Shown here one piece after another: positions 9,954-19,725 of a stretch of DNA of 64,000 nt. The position numbers were made by a program, and so were the translations under genes. The stretch is from an uncultured virus (IMG/VR IMGVR_UViG_3300042879_004886) (lineage: Duplodnaviria; Heunggongvirae; Uroviricota; Caudoviricetes): the IMG/VR virus record IMGVR_UViG_3300042879_004886. One strand, given 5' to 3'. Below the pieces are notes generated by a model. That model searched no databases, had not been told where the DNA came from, and saw nothing but the letters and a program-made list of their open reading frames with translations. Numbering within the stretch: position 1 is the first letter of the stretch; each line of letters begins with the position of its first letter.

Positions 9954-10550
9954 ATGCAAAAACCTTCATTTAGACAAAAAACATATACCTGTCAAGATCC
10001 AAAAATACATAAAAAAGAAGTAAATTGTATATATTGGTCTGTAAATAAAAATGATTGTATTAATTCTTGTTCCATAAATGTTGTGGAAAATCCTTCTCAC
10101 GTGTATTGCACAAAGTGTGAAAAGAGAGTTAGTTACCCACATGATGTTTTAGAAGAAGATAAAAAGAGTTATACATTTGCAAATGTGACAATTTCTTCCA
10201 AACCAATTTTAGAAAAGGCAAAATCTTATGTAAAAGCAGAATCTTCTCAATTTTGGAGTGGAAAGGTAGATGACATCATATACAATGAAAGAAAAGAAAA
10301 ATGCATGTCCTGCCCAAAAAGAATAAACCCAGTGGCAGATAAAGAAGATGAAATTGGATGGTGTAATAGCTGTGGGTGTGGAATGGGAACAGAAAGAGCA
10401 AGGCTTTCTGTTAAATTAAGAATGCCATCTTTATTTTGCCCTCTTGGAAAATTTTCAGCTGCTATTGGAAGTGGATTTAAAATAGAGGACGCCGTTGATG
10501 CACTAGGTGGAACTATAAAAACCATTACAAAACTTATTAAGCCCAGCTAA
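9954..10550 (+). CDS. Cys-rich zinc-binding hypothetical protein
   Basis: RKEKCMSCP...WCNSCGC...CPLGK motif. Confidence 0.6.
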   Translation: MQKPSFRQKTYTCQDPKIHKKEVNCIYWSVNKNDCINSCSINVVENPSHVYCTKCEKRVSYPHDVLEEDKKSYTFANVTISSKPILEKAKSYVKAESSQFWSGKVDDIIYNERKEKCMSCPKRINPVADKEDEIGWCNSCGCGMGTERARLSVKLRMPSLFCPLGKFSAAIGSGFKIEDAVDALGGTIKTITKLIKPS

Positions 10551-10568
10551 AGAGATAAATATTTAATA

Positions 10569-10778
10569 ATGGCCAAGCAAAGAATCAAAAACAAAAAAAG
10601 AAAGCCAAATGAAGACTTTAGCTATTATTTTGTAGGCCACGTGGATTCCTCTGGGGAGGTGACGCCTTTGCTTTTAACAGACATAGAATTCAAGAAAGCA
10701 AAACAAAGAGCATCAAAAAACAAAGAAGATGTTCCTGAAGACTTTATAGTTTTTTCTCAATCCCATAGACCTAAATAA
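10569..10778 (+). CDS. Hypothetical protein
   Basis: ORF preceded by ATAAATA. Confidence 0.6.
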   Translation: MAKQRIKNKKRKPNEDFSYYFVGHVDSSGEVTPLLLTDIEFKKAKQRASKNKEDVPEDFIVFSQSHRPK

Positions 10779-10784
10779 TTTACC

Positions 10785-11147
10785 ATGACATGCATTCAAA
10801 AAATATTAAATTTTCAAAATGAAGTTCGCCTACATCACTGGGGAACGCAATCTTACGCAGCCCATAAGGCTCTAGGAAATCTTTATACTGGACTAGATCC
10901 TCTTATCGACACCTTTGCAGAAACTTATATGGGCGTAAAAGGAAAGCAGGATTTAAAGGATTTTGATTCTCTTGAATTGAATGGCCCCTTTAAAATAGGA
11001 ATTAACTCTGTATTAGATTCGTTTGAAGATTACCTTAAGAATGAATTGCCAAAAGAAGTAAAACAAGACCAAACAGCATTGTTAAATATTAGAGACGAGA
11101 TGCTTGCTTTGGTACAACAAACCAAGTATCTCCTCACGTTAACGTAA
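10785..11147 (+). CDS. Ferritin/Dps-like protein (DUF5856-type)
   Basis: HWGTQSYAAHKALGNLY...DTFAETYMG...NIRDEML...KYLLTL. Confidence 0.85.
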   Translation: MTCIQKILNFQNEVRLHHWGTQSYAAHKALGNLYTGLDPLIDTFAETYMGVKGKQDLKDFDSLELNGPFKIGINSVLDSFEDYLKNELPKEVKQDQTALLNIRDEMLALVQQTKYLLTLT

Positions 11148-11157
11148 GGAGTTACAA

Positions 11158-11526
11158 ATGAAAATCCCTGAGCTAGTTTACGAAATAAGAAACTTGGCTC
11201 GCAAAGAAGAAGATCCTGTCAAAAAGGATCTTTTTTTTCAATGCGCCAAGTCACTTGAAGTCCTTGGAAATATCGCAAAAGTTTCTGATCTTGCTGTTGC
11301 AGAATACAAAAACTGCAAGGAGATAAATCCAATAGAGCTAGATGGAAATTTTAAACATTATATCGATCAAGTAACTCTTGATATGCTAGACGAGCATGTA
11401 GACGCATTGATACACTATGGATTCATGTCAAAGGATGATAGATGGCCATACGGAAACAATGAAATTGTAAAGTTTACACCAAAATATCTAAAATCTCAAA
11501 TCGTAAAAGACTCTAGCATAGAGTAA
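11158..11526 (+). CDS. Hypothetical protein
   Basis: ORF with AGGAG Shine-Dalgarno. Confidence 0.65.
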   Translation: MKIPELVYEIRNLARKEEDPVKKDLFFQCAKSLEVLGNIAKVSDLAVAEYKNCKEINPIELDGNFKHYIDQVTLDMLDEHVDALIHYGFMSKDDRWPYGNNEIVKFTPKYLKSQIVKDSSIE

Positions 11527-12095
11527 ATTTTTGGTGGAATAGATCTGTGACTTAAAACTGCCATATTTGATGGCATAATTTTGAGTACATACTTGCTAAA
11601 ATATGGACTTTTTCTATAAGTTCCATATTTTCTGGTTTTTTCCATCATAAAATGACTGTAAATATAGCAATGTGCTCGCTTTACATACAATTTTTTATCA
11701 ATTTTGAGATTAAATTGGTCAATTAATTTTACTGCTCTTTTTTCACAATCTCTTTCCATTGCACGAACAAGCAAAAATGCTCTTTTAAGGGTCTTTTTAT
11801 CATAATTTTTACCAGCAAACCAATTTTCTACAATAATTCCTGCTTTATCTGACTTGGTATAAACCTGTACTTTGTTTATATATTGCAAAAAATGTGCATA
11901 TTCGTGCACCAAAGTCTGAAAAAAGTGTTGATTGTTGCCCGCTATGCGAATAATTTTTTCATATTCGCTGAAATATCCCTCGCAGCGTGAATTTCCACAA
12001 TTGACAAATTTTCCACGCCCTATGACAAGTTTCATTCCATATTCTGCAAGATGTTTTTTCACAAATCTTACAAACTGATGATTGCTCTTTGCCAT
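11496..12095 (-). CDS. Putative zincin metallopeptidase (HExxH)
   Basis: TLVHEYAHFLQ plus downstream MERDCE; GAGG SD upstream. Confidence 0.65.
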   Translation of the reverse strand: MAKSNHQFVRFVKKHLAEYGMKLVIGRGKFVNCGNSRCEGYFSEYEKIIRIAGNNQHFFQTLVHEYAHFLQYINKVQVYTKSDKAGIIVENWFAGKNYDKKTLKRAFLLVRAMERDCEKRAVKLIDQFNLKIDKKLYVKRAHCYIYSHFMMEKTRKYGTYRKSPYFSKYVLKIMPSNMAVLSHRSIPPKIYSMLESFTI

Positions 12096-12189
12096 AAAGC
12101 CTCCTCAGTCAGTATTATTTAGGGAATTACTTGACAGTCAAGTATCAGGTGCTAATATATAGCAACTTCTTATAAGAAAGGAAAGTTAT

Positions 12190-12426
12190 ATGGAAATTAC
12201 TACTGTTGATCGTCCTACTAAGATTCAGAGAGTGTTTGATTACATGCGCAATGGTGCTGCATTGACCGCAGGAATGGCCAGGAAGCGTTTCCAGGTTCAG
12301 AACATCCGTGCAACCATGCACGACCTCCGCGAGGCTTTTGACCGATTTGAGATGAACTACACGGTGGTTCGTGAGACCCGTAATGGCCGAAGCTATTACA
12401 GAATGCAGCGCAATCGTTCTCGTTAA
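12190..12426 (+). CDS. Small helix-turn-helix protein
   Basis: LTAGMARKRFQVQNIRATMHDLR...YYRM winged-HTH-like pattern; TTGACA promoter at 12131. Confidence 0.6.
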   Translation: MEITTVDRPTKIQRVFDYMRNGAALTAGMARKRFQVQNIRATMHDLREAFDRFEMNYTVVRETRNGRSYYRMQRNRSR

Positions 12427-12444
12427 AAAGTTTTAAAACTTTTT

Positions 12445-12474
12445 AAAAACTCCACCGAAAGGTGGAGTTTTTTT
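12445..12474. terminator. Bidirectional intrinsic terminator
   Basis: AAAAACTCCACC-GAAA-GGTGGAGTTTTT between convergent genes. Confidence 0.85.
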
Positions 12475-13777
12475 ATTGAATTTTAATAACAACATTAAAT
12501 GTTGTTGGACCAGAAAATTCCAAATATATTATTTTTGGACTGGAACTTGTTTTTTGGTAAATAAGCCCAGATTGGTCGTACCCCGGGACTCCCATTTTAA
12601 ATATGTGCTGTGTCATTGGTACAGATTTTGATGAGTCCGAATATGCTTCAACACTGAATTGCTTTAGAGATGGGTGGCTTAAATCCAATTTAAAACCATA
12701 GTCAATATTAAAATTAATTTCTGGTGTTGGTGTTAAAGAATCATTTCCATTTGCGTTTGAAACAAGTGTATAGGAATATTCTATTTGATATTGAGCAGAA
12801 TTATTTAAAGTTACATAGGATTGCTCGGTCACGTAAAAGAATACAGATGCATCAAAGTGCAACGTTCTATCTGAAGTTGCTGCATTTATTGCGTTGTCCG
12901 ACAAACGAGAACAATCTAAACATGGAACCCAATATGATGAATAAGATTCATCTTCTGATTGTGCACGTAGGAAAGCTTGCAATCTATTTTGATTTTCAAA
13001 ACAATTTATCTGATTTCCAGAATCGTCATAAACAACATAGCAGCCAGATTCTTTTCTGCTATAGTTTAATACTATTGGATTTGAATTTCCTCTGATATAG
13101 ACAACACAATTTGAGTATGTAGTTCCCAAATTTTCGTTTGTTAGACTAGAATTTAAATATACAAGTTCCTTATTATCTTTTAATATTGTAGCAGAATTAA
13201 TTTTTATTTTACCTGTATTTGCTGCTGATTGTTCTATTTCAAGATATTCTTCTTTTCCAAAAAAACTGCCTATCAATCCAGCGTTTATGAATGATTTTTC
13301 TGGATTGGATGTTAGATTATTTAAAAGATAATTGGCAGCTGTTGCACCGCCTGTATATCCAGTAGTATACTGCGGAACTTTAACAAAGTTATTTCTATTA
13401 AAATAAGAATAGTTTGTATTGTACGTAAATCCAGAAACTATTCCACCAACAATCAATTTATCATCATTTAAACAAGAAACTTTTGAAAATACTCCAGAAA
13501 TATCTAATCTAACATCTTTTGATTCATCATAATAATCACCCTGGGCCAAATAAAATGTAGTACCAGTAGGAGAAATTCCAAAAAATCTTTTTAAAAATGT
13601 CAAATCTGATATGTTTGTAGTATTAGAGTAATCTATGTAGCAGCTTGTTCCTATTATTGAAACATTTGGGCTGCTACTTAAAAAACCTTTTGTAAAAATG
13701 GGATCATAGGTATTTCCATTTATTGAAATACCATAATTTTTTATTCTCTTTACTTCATTTAAAGTATATGAAAACAT
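12473..13777 (-). CDS. Hypothetical virion protein
   Basis: 434-aa ORF in a late-type unit. Confidence 0.65.
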   Translation of the reverse strand: MFSYTLNEVKRIKNYGISINGNTYDPIFTKGFLSSSPNVSIIGTSCYIDYSNTTNISDLTFLKRFFGISPTGTTFYLAQGDYYDESKDVRLDISGVFSKVSCLNDDKLIVGGIVSGFTYNTNYSYFNRNNFVKVPQYTTGYTGGATAANYLLNNLTSNPEKSFINAGLIGSFFGKEEYLEIEQSAANTGKIKINSATILKDNKELVYLNSSLTNENLGTTYSNCVVYIRGNSNPIVLNYSRKESGCYVVYDDSGNQINCFENQNRLQAFLRAQSEDESYSSYWVPCLDCSRLSDNAINAATSDRTLHFDASVFFYVTEQSYVTLNNSAQYQIEYSYTLVSNANGNDSLTPTPEINFNIDYGFKLDLSHPSLKQFSVEAYSDSSKSVPMTQHIFKMGVPGYDQSGLIYQKTSSSPKIIYLEFSGPTTFNVVIKIQ

Positions 13778-13778
13778 T

Positions 13779-14702
13779 TTATGTGGCTAGGTAAACCAAT
13801 ACTTGTGTTCCGGTGTTAGAAATTGCATATACCGTATTTGTGTTAATAACATTAAGGTCAACACTTTCTCCTGGATCCAGAGCATAACCAAAGGATGATC
13901 CTATTAAACCAGAGGTATTGCCTATATAAACAAAGTCAGTGTTTGTGGAAAGTGCTTTTACATTTATCGCTGATGTAGATGTATATCCTGCAGAATCCAT
14001 CTGAGACACAGATGCACTCGTTACAGTTACTTTTCCTGTCTTAAAGGTAGATGGTCTTCCAACACCAAGACTGGTAAAATCGTTGCGCAAACCAACGATT
14101 TGACCGTACATTGCTGTGATACCATTAAGTATATCAGTATCATCAATTGCTATTGGATATGCACCAGTAAATCCTTGAACCGACAACGTTGTGCCTACGG
14201 TAGCATTTATTGTTGCGCCCACCACTGAAACTTTTAATGAATCACCAGAAACACCCAAACCAGTTCCAGATGCAGTTACAAGATGCGCGTAAATATAAGT
14301 TAATCCATTGGGACCCCAGACTGAAACTGAATCTGTAGACTTTCCTATTGGTCTTCCACCCGTAATTTCAACTCTGGTTCCCGATTGTGTCGAGACAAAG
14401 ACTGGAGAACCACTTAGCCCAACAGCATTCACAGTCCCGCTTACAGCAACGGCACCTCCACCAGCACCCTGAACAGTCATTGTTCCTGTAAAACCGGATA
14501 CCGTGGCCGTCAAACCAGTTGCAATTGTGACGGGCAGTGGAGCCGCACTTGATACAACTGTGGCAGCTCCTGTCACACCATAAGCCAATTTTATCAATTG
14601 AAAATGGGCAGTGACTCCAGCAAATTGGGCTACATCGGTAGCAACCGAGGCTGTTAGTCCAGAAGTTTCAATAACAAGATTTTCATTGTTGTCTACGGCC
14701 AT
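13779..14702 (-). CDS. Hypothetical virion structural protein
   Basis: Ala/Gly/Thr/Val-rich; C-terminal VKALSTNTDFVYIG...LDPGESV phage structural motif. Confidence 0.65.
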   Translation of the reverse strand: MAVDNNENLVIETSGLTASVATDVAQFAGVTAHFQLIKLAYGVTGAATVVSSAAPLPVTIATGLTATVSGFTGTMTVQGAGGGAVAVSGTVNAVGLSGSPVFVSTQSGTRVEITGGRPIGKSTDSVSVWGPNGLTYIYAHLVTASGTGLGVSGDSLKVSVVGATINATVGTTLSVQGFTGAYPIAIDDTDILNGITAMYGQIVGLRNDFTSLGVGRPSTFKTGKVTVTSASVSQMDSAGYTSTSAINVKALSTNTDFVYIGNTSGLIGSSFGYALDPGESVDLNVINTNTVYAISNTGTQVLVYLAT

Positions 14703-14780
14703 ATTGTCCTCTAAATAGTTCTACAATATTTAGTTGTATTAAATTATTGATTTTTTCAATACAAAGGTTAAACTGTTATC

Positions 14781-15017
14781 ATGTACATAGACGACGCAGC
14801 AAAAGAAAAATTTTCAAATAAAGTTCTTGAAAGAGTAACAAAAACTCAATTATCATTCATGGACTGCATTTTGGAACTGGCAGATGAAATGAGCATAGAG
14901 CCATCTACAGCCGGAAAGCTTCTCTCAAAACCAATAATTGAAAAAATTGAGGAAGAAGCAAAACAATTAAATTTTATAAAAAATAAAACAAAAAAGGCAA
15001 AATTGCCTATTGACTGA
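14781..15017 (+). CDS. gp33: Late transcription coactivator (T4 gp33)
   Basis: FSNKV...SFMDCIL...IE...KLLSKPIIEKIEEEAKQLNFI...KLPI; adjacent to gp32. Confidence 0.9.
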   Translation: MYIDDAAKEKFSNKVLERVTKTQLSFMDCILELADEMSIEPSTAGKLLSKPIIEKIEEEAKQLNFIKNKTKKAKLPID

Positions 15018-15076
15018 CTGAATATTTACTGTATACTCTAACATGAAAGGCCGAGGTAGATCCTCGGGAATCAAAC

Positions 15077-15937
15077 ATGGCAAGTTTTTCAGATTTTAAG
15101 AAGAAGAGCAAAAACTCAATCGCAACCCTAACGGAGAAGATGGACAAGCTTACCACTAAGGAAAGCTACAAGGATGAGCGCATTTGGAAGCCTGGCATCG
15201 ATAAGTCTGGCAACGGATATGCGGTAATTCGTTTCCTTCCGGAAATCCAAGGAGAGGACAGTCCATTTGTAGCAGTCTATAGTCATACTTTTAAGGGAAA
15301 GGGTGGCTGGTTCTATGAAAACTGCCCAACTACAATTGGCGAAAAGTGCCCAGTTTGCGAAGCAAACAGCGAACTGTGGAATAGTGGTATTGAAGACGAC
15401 AAGAATATTGCAAGAAACCGAAAGCGTAAGCTTACGTACATTTCAAATATTCTCGTAATTGAAGATCCTGCCAACCCGGAAAACAAGGGAAAAAATTTCC
15501 TGTATCAGTATGGAACCAAGATCTTTCAAAAAATCCAGAGCCTTGCTCACCCGGAATATCAAGACGAGGTCGCAGTTGATCCCTTCAACTTCTGGACAGG
15601 TGCAGATTTTAAGATCAAAATTCGCAATGTAGGTGGTTACGTAAACTATGACAGAAGTGAGTTTGCAACCCCAGCAGCTTTGTTTGGTGGTGATGACAAG
15701 AAACTTGAAGAGCTTTGGAAGAAGCAATATCCGCTTAAGACTTTTGTTGATAAGAGTGAGTTCAAGAGTTACGATGAATTGAAGCAGAGGTTCAAGAAGT
15801 CCACTGGTGACGACATCAGAGCACAGTTCAATACAGCAAAGAGCATTGAAGATGATGTCGAGGATTCTCCAACTGTGACAGAGGATGTCGAGGAAAAAGA
15901 CCCTCTGAAATATTTTTCTGAAATGGAGAACGAATGA
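15077..15937 (+). CDS. gp32: Single-stranded DNA-binding protein (T4 gp32)
   Basis: DERIWKP..DKSGNGYAVIRFLP, WFYENCPTT..KCPVC, GADFKIKIR, acidic tail. Confidence 0.97.
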   Translation: MASFSDFKKKSKNSIATLTEKMDKLTTKESYKDERIWKPGIDKSGNGYAVIRFLPEIQGEDSPFVAVYSHTFKGKGGWFYENCPTTIGEKCPVCEANSELWNSGIEDDKNIARNRKRKLTYISNILVIEDPANPENKGKNFLYQYGTKIFQKIQSLAHPEYQDEVAVDPFNFWTGADFKIKIRNVGGYVNYDRSEFATPAALFGGDDKKLEELWKKQYPLKTFVDKSEFKSYDELKQRFKKSTGDDIRAQFNTAKSIEDDVEDSPTVTEDVEEKDPLKYFSEMENE

Positions 15938-15963
15938 AAAAAGCCCCGCAAGGGGCTTTTTTT
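15937..15963. terminator. Bidirectional intrinsic terminator
   Basis: AAAAAAGCCCC-GCAA-GGGGCTTTTTT. Confidence 0.85.
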
Positions 15964-16441
15964 ATGCCCAAGAGGGTCTTTGCATAGACCTTGAAAGTCT
16001 GTCCGCAAACATTAAATTTTTTGGAGTGTTGGTGGGTCTTTCCTCTGTTGCGGTTTTTTCATTACTCAGTATGTCTTGTTTGCCATTGAGTTTGTTGTTC
16101 ATGCTTTGAATTTGTTGACTCATTAAATTCATGGTTCTATGAAGCTGAGCATCTTGTCCGATATTTAATTGAGTTAAATCTCTTTGTGCACTTTCTGCCA
16201 TTGAGATAGGTTTACTTGAATAAGAATAAGTATTCACCACACCAGCCATTGGTCTCATTGGTTCTATTTGCTGTGGATTTCTTTCAAGTTCCTGTATCTG
16301 GCCCAAAGTTACTTTGTCAAAAGTTTTTGGTTCAAATATTACCTTATAGTCATTTTGAGTAGATATGTTTGCATTCAACATTTCAGAAAAAGCGGCTTTT
16401 TCTGAGTCCACATCAATTGAAAATGTATTGTTTTCATTCAT
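15962..16441 (-). CDS. Hypothetical protein downstream of gp26/gp51
   Basis: ATGA-coupled to the gp51-like frame. Confidence 0.6.
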   Translation of the reverse strand: MNENNTFSIDVDSEKAAFSEMLNANISTQNDYKVIFEPKTFDKVTLGQIQELERNPQQIEPMRPMAGVVNTYSYSSKPISMAESAQRDLTQLNIGQDAQLHRTMNLMSQQIQSMNNKLNGKQDILSNEKTATEERPTNTPKNLMFADRLSRSMQRPSWA

Positions 16442-16638
16442 AGACTAATTCCTTGGTAATTGGTTTGAAGATTTTTTATCTTTTCCTCTTCCATGTGTTC
16501 CAATAATATGTTTATGTATATTTCTCTTTCCCACACAAACATGTTTTCCAAATCGTGCAACGACCAAGAAAAACTGTTTATTAATTTAAAATTTGATCTA
16601 TAATAATCGGTAAGATCAAAATATCTTACCGCAAGATA
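16438..16638 (-). CDS. gp51: Baseplate hub assembly catalyst (T4 gp51-like), probably reached by a -1 frameshift from gp26
   Basis: Manual translation YLAVRYFDLTDYYRSNFKLINSFSWSLHDLENMFVWEREIYINILLEHMEEE. No ATG precedes the conserved part. Confidence 0.75.
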   Translation of the reverse strand, partial: YLAVRYFDLTDYYRSNFKLINSFSWSLHDLENMFVWEREIYINILLEHMEEEKIKNLQTNYQGISL

Positions 16639-17294
16639 AAAAAATCAAGAAGACCACTTACCTCCTTTTCGGTCCCGTCATTTAGTTTTATCTTATAAAA
16701 TAGTTTTGGCTGTTCATTTAAGAATTCATCAAATGATGTCATGCTATTGAGTGGCATGTTTTCTATGAATTCTCTTATTTCTTCCGGAACAAATACCCGA
16801 GCATCATAAACTTCATTTTTTATTATTATCTTTTTTATTATTGCCTTGTGCAGATCTGATTTTTCAAATGACGACAAGGAAAGTAGAGTTTTTATTGTTG
16901 GTGTTTCAAGCTCAACGCTGATGTTATTGTTTAAAAAAATTACTTTATTGTTAAACTTATTGTTGATGCAAGATACTTCACCTATGTTAAGTGAATATTT
17001 GTTGTTTTCATAAACTACGTTGATGATTTCATCGATGCTCTTGGAGCGAATCTGCAGAAAGAGATACTCTGCATCGGCCAAACAAAGAGAATCCACGTCA
17101 ATTCCCTTTGAATTGTTTATCAAAAGATCAACCATTGCAGAGAATGCAAGTTTTTTGTTATTCTCTTGCAGTACAATTCCAAGATTTTTTGCATCCTTTA
17201 CTTTAAATGGTGTAAAGGTTCCCGATTTCTTGCTAACAGGCAAAGTAAATTCATACGTTGGAAAATATGTTTTCAACTCATCTATTATTTTCAT
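16626..17294 (-). CDS. gp26: Baseplate hub subunit (T4 gp26-like)
   Basis: PTYEFTLPVS...FTPFKVKD...DAEYLFLQIRSKSI...GLLDFF. Confidence 0.85.
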   Translation of the reverse strand: MKIIDELKTYFPTYEFTLPVSKKSGTFTPFKVKDAKNLGIVLQENNKKLAFSAMVDLLINNSKGIDVDSLCLADAEYLFLQIRSKSIDEIINVVYENNKYSLNIGEVSCINNKFNNKVIFLNNNISVELETPTIKTLLSLSSFEKSDLHKAIIKKIIIKNEVYDARVFVPEEIREFIENMPLNSMTSFDEFLNEQPKLFYKIKLNDGTEKEVSGLLDFFILR

Positions 17295-17297
17295 AAA

Positions 17298-17867
17298 TTA
17301 TGCTCTTTCGTATCTAAATTCTCTGTAATTGAATACAGCGTTCACGCTCATGTATTTGTCTCTATCCAAGCTGCTCAGTTTTATTGGAAGTATTTCGGTG
17401 GGAAATATCTCACTAAAAATGAATCGAGTTTTCACTGTTCCATTCAAATCCAATAAGTTTACACTCATTTTGACCGGAGATACTATGTTGTCGTAATACT
17501 CCAAAGTAAATTTTGTAGTAGAAGGTCCAATAGCATACCCACCACTGTATATCGAGTTCATCCAATCATTCAGGAACAAAAGAATTCTATTGTCGCCAGC
17601 GACCGGAAATGAAAGGGCCATTCCATTTGAAAATCTCTGTCTTCTTGGTATCAGTCTTCCAACACCATAACCAGTTAAATTGTCTGCTACGTGATCAATA
17701 GCTCTCTGGTTTAACAAGAATTCGTCAGCCACGTATTCAACATCTTGATACCTATTGACTTGTTCAGGCAATCCAAAAAAGCTTATGGAAAATCTGTTTG
17801 CACGCTGAATGCCCTGATGCAGATTGAAATAATTTTTTAAACTGTTTATCGTGTTATCAAGAGGCAT
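17298..17867 (-). CDS. Tail-tube-fold protein (gp54/gp19-like)
   Basis: RANRFSI...DWMNSI...YYDNI...EIFPTEI...VNAVFNYR. Confidence 0.75.
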   Translation of the reverse strand: MPLDNTINSLKNYFNLHQGIQRANRFSISFFGLPEQVNRYQDVEYVADEFLLNQRAIDHVADNLTGYGVGRLIPRRQRFSNGMALSFPVAGDNRILLFLNDWMNSIYSGGYAIGPSTTKFTLEYYDNIVSPVKMSVNLLDLNGTVKTRFIFSEIFPTEILPIKLSSLDRDKYMSVNAVFNYREFRYERA

Positions 17868-18279
17868 TTGAAAATAGTTCTTTCTCTGTCAGTATTTTGA
17901 AGACAAATTTGTTTTTTTCACAATAACTTTGCGCAGCTTTCCATTTTGCATTATTTACTGCCCAGATCAGCCTGTCTCGCTTGCTTGCGTTTTCTTTCAA
18001 GTATGTTTGCTTTTTGGGCTTAACTTCAATCAGCCAAGATTCTATTCCGGATTCTGTTTTTATCTGAACTAAAAAATCGGGTATGTAATTTGCTATTTTG
18101 TTTTTTATTGGATGGTTGTATGGAATTGCTATTCCCTCCGAAGACCATTTCAATACGTTTTCGTTCAGATCGCAAAATTTGCAGACAGATCTCTCCCAAA
18201 GAGAACGGCATACGATCTTCGTGGGATCTCCTACATATTTTTCCTTATTTTCTGGAATATATTTTGTCTTGTATGCCAT
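17857..18279 (-). CDS. gp4: Head completion nuclease (T4 gp4, TnsA-like)
   Basis: YIPENKEKYVGDPTKIVCRSLWE, WSSE..IPY, YIPDF, LIEVKPKKQT, VNNAKWKAA. Confidence 0.92.
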   Translation of the reverse strand: MAYKTKYIPENKEKYVGDPTKIVCRSLWERSVCKFCDLNENVLKWSSEGIAIPYNHPIKNKIANYIPDFLVQIKTESGIESWLIEVKPKKQTYLKENASKRDRLIWAVNNAKWKAAQSYCEKNKFVFKILTEKELFSNAS

Positions 18280-18291
18280 CTAGAATATTTA

Positions 18292-18966
18292 TTATTCTAT
18301 TCCAGTAGAATCGTCTCGGACAAAGCGGATTACGCGACTCATGTAGAAAGAAGACCAATCTTGTTTTACCATGTTCCACAAGACTATTCTGTTTCCTCTC
18401 AAAGGAAAAAAGAAGTTTGTTCTTTCCTCTATGTTCGCTGGATTGATGTGTTTTTTATAAAGAGTTCCTATAATCTTGTCTGACTGACCATTTGTTTTTA
18501 CGTAATCTACAGTACATATTCCATATAAACTTTCCCTGATCAGTTCAAATGGAGATATGTGATCTGTCTTATAGTACTTGTTTTTTGTTATTATCGTGAC
18601 ATCAAATTTATAGTCTGTAAATGGATCAAATACGTTTTCTGTGTCACCGGCTCTTGTCAAAAGCTGAAAATTTTGATAAGATCCATATTTTTGAAGTAAA
18701 AATCTTTCGTAAACTTTATCCTTTATCTTGAACTCATCGTATATGTTTTTTTGGTATTCAGATCCCCAATAATTCTCCGATTCTGCACCCATCGTTTCAG
18801 ATGGATCCATGACTTGTTTTTGAAAGTATTCATCAACACTGTCTATTAATATGTTTTCGTTTACCAACGGAATGTTGGCATTTATGTCTTCATATCCCTG
18901 TAAAGCAGAACCCTCAGCAGGATACTTGTTCTGCTGAGGGAGCGGAGCTCTTTTTGGAAGCCTCAT
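18292..18966 (-). CDS. Hypothetical protein with a C-terminal SH3/WYL_2 (DUF2693)-like domain
   Basis: CTVDYVKTNG..DKIIGTL...VLWNMVKQDWSSF. Confidence 0.6.
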   Translation of the reverse strand: MRLPKRAPLPQQNKYPAEGSALQGYEDINANIPLVNENILIDSVDEYFQKQVMDPSETMGAESENYWGSEYQKNIYDEFKIKDKVYERFLLQKYGSYQNFQLLTRAGDTENVFDPFTDYKFDVTIITKNKYYKTDHISPFELIRESLYGICTVDYVKTNGQSDKIIGTLYKKHINPANIEERTNFFFPLRGNRIVLWNMVKQDWSSFYMSRVIRFVRDDSTGIE

Positions 18967-19142
18967 CTGAATCCTGTGTTAGATGGCTTAAAATTTCCTA
19001 TTAAGTAATCTCTTGGATCTTCTTTTTTCTGCGGTACAAAATTTACATTTGAATTTGTTCTTTGATATTGCTCAGATAAAACAGATGGTCTGTTTTTGTG
19101 TTTTTTTGCAAGATCACGAATTGTATCTTCTAATGATTTCAT
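18963..19142 (-). CDS. Small hypothetical protein (MKSLEDTIRDL...)
   Basis: Read manually: 59 aa, ATGA-coupled to the next gene. Confidence 0.5.
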   Translation of the reverse strand: MKSLEDTIRDLAKKHKNRPSVLSEQYQRTNSNVNFVPQKKEDPRDYLIGNFKPSNTGFR

Positions 19143-19144
19143 AA

Positions 19145-19714
19145 TTATGATTGATAAACTCCTGGATAATACGGACTCCCTGGAACTTGTCCGGGCAACC
19201 CCGGATATGGACTATTTGATTGACCTTCGGGTATATCCATCCACCAATTTGGATAATAACCATTTGGTAAATAATACCATATGCCGCTGTCCTGTGGCCA
19301 CTCATAATGATAATTTGGATTATAATCCGGTGGTCTATCTTGTCCAGGTGCTGGTATCATTGGTCCTTGGGGCGTGTTAGCTGGATTAAAGGGGTCTCTT
19401 TCTGCGGGACTTGCACCACCTTCTGACGGCCATTGCGGAATTGGACTTCCTGCAGGTTTTTCATATCCGAACCACGGTGAAGTTGGATCAGGTATATTTG
19501 TTATAATTTCCCAAGTAGCATCTCCAATTTGCCCCCAACCAGAAGGTCTGGGAGCAACCCCATCATCTAAGCTTGCGCTTCTTTTGTTGTTACTTGCTCC
19601 AACATTCGTTGAAGATGTTGTGTTATCTTCATTTAATTTTTGTAACTTTAATAAATTAAAAACATTATCGTAAATATTGTTTGAAAAAATTAAATGGTCA
19701 TTGAACTGATTCAT
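19145..19714 (-). CDS. Pro/Gly-rich hypothetical protein
   Basis: ORF; L-x-E motif followed by a low-complexity tail. Confidence 0.6.
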   Translation of the reverse strand: MNQFNDHLIFSNNIYDNVFNLLKLQKLNEDNTTSSTNVGASNNKRSASLDDGVAPRPSGWGQIGDATWEIITNIPDPTSPWFGYEKPAGSPIPQWPSEGGASPAERDPFNPANTPQGPMIPAPGQDRPPDYNPNYHYEWPQDSGIWYYLPNGYYPNWWMDIPEGQSNSPYPGLPGQVPGSPYYPGVYQS

Positions 19715-19725
19715 TTAATTTGTCC

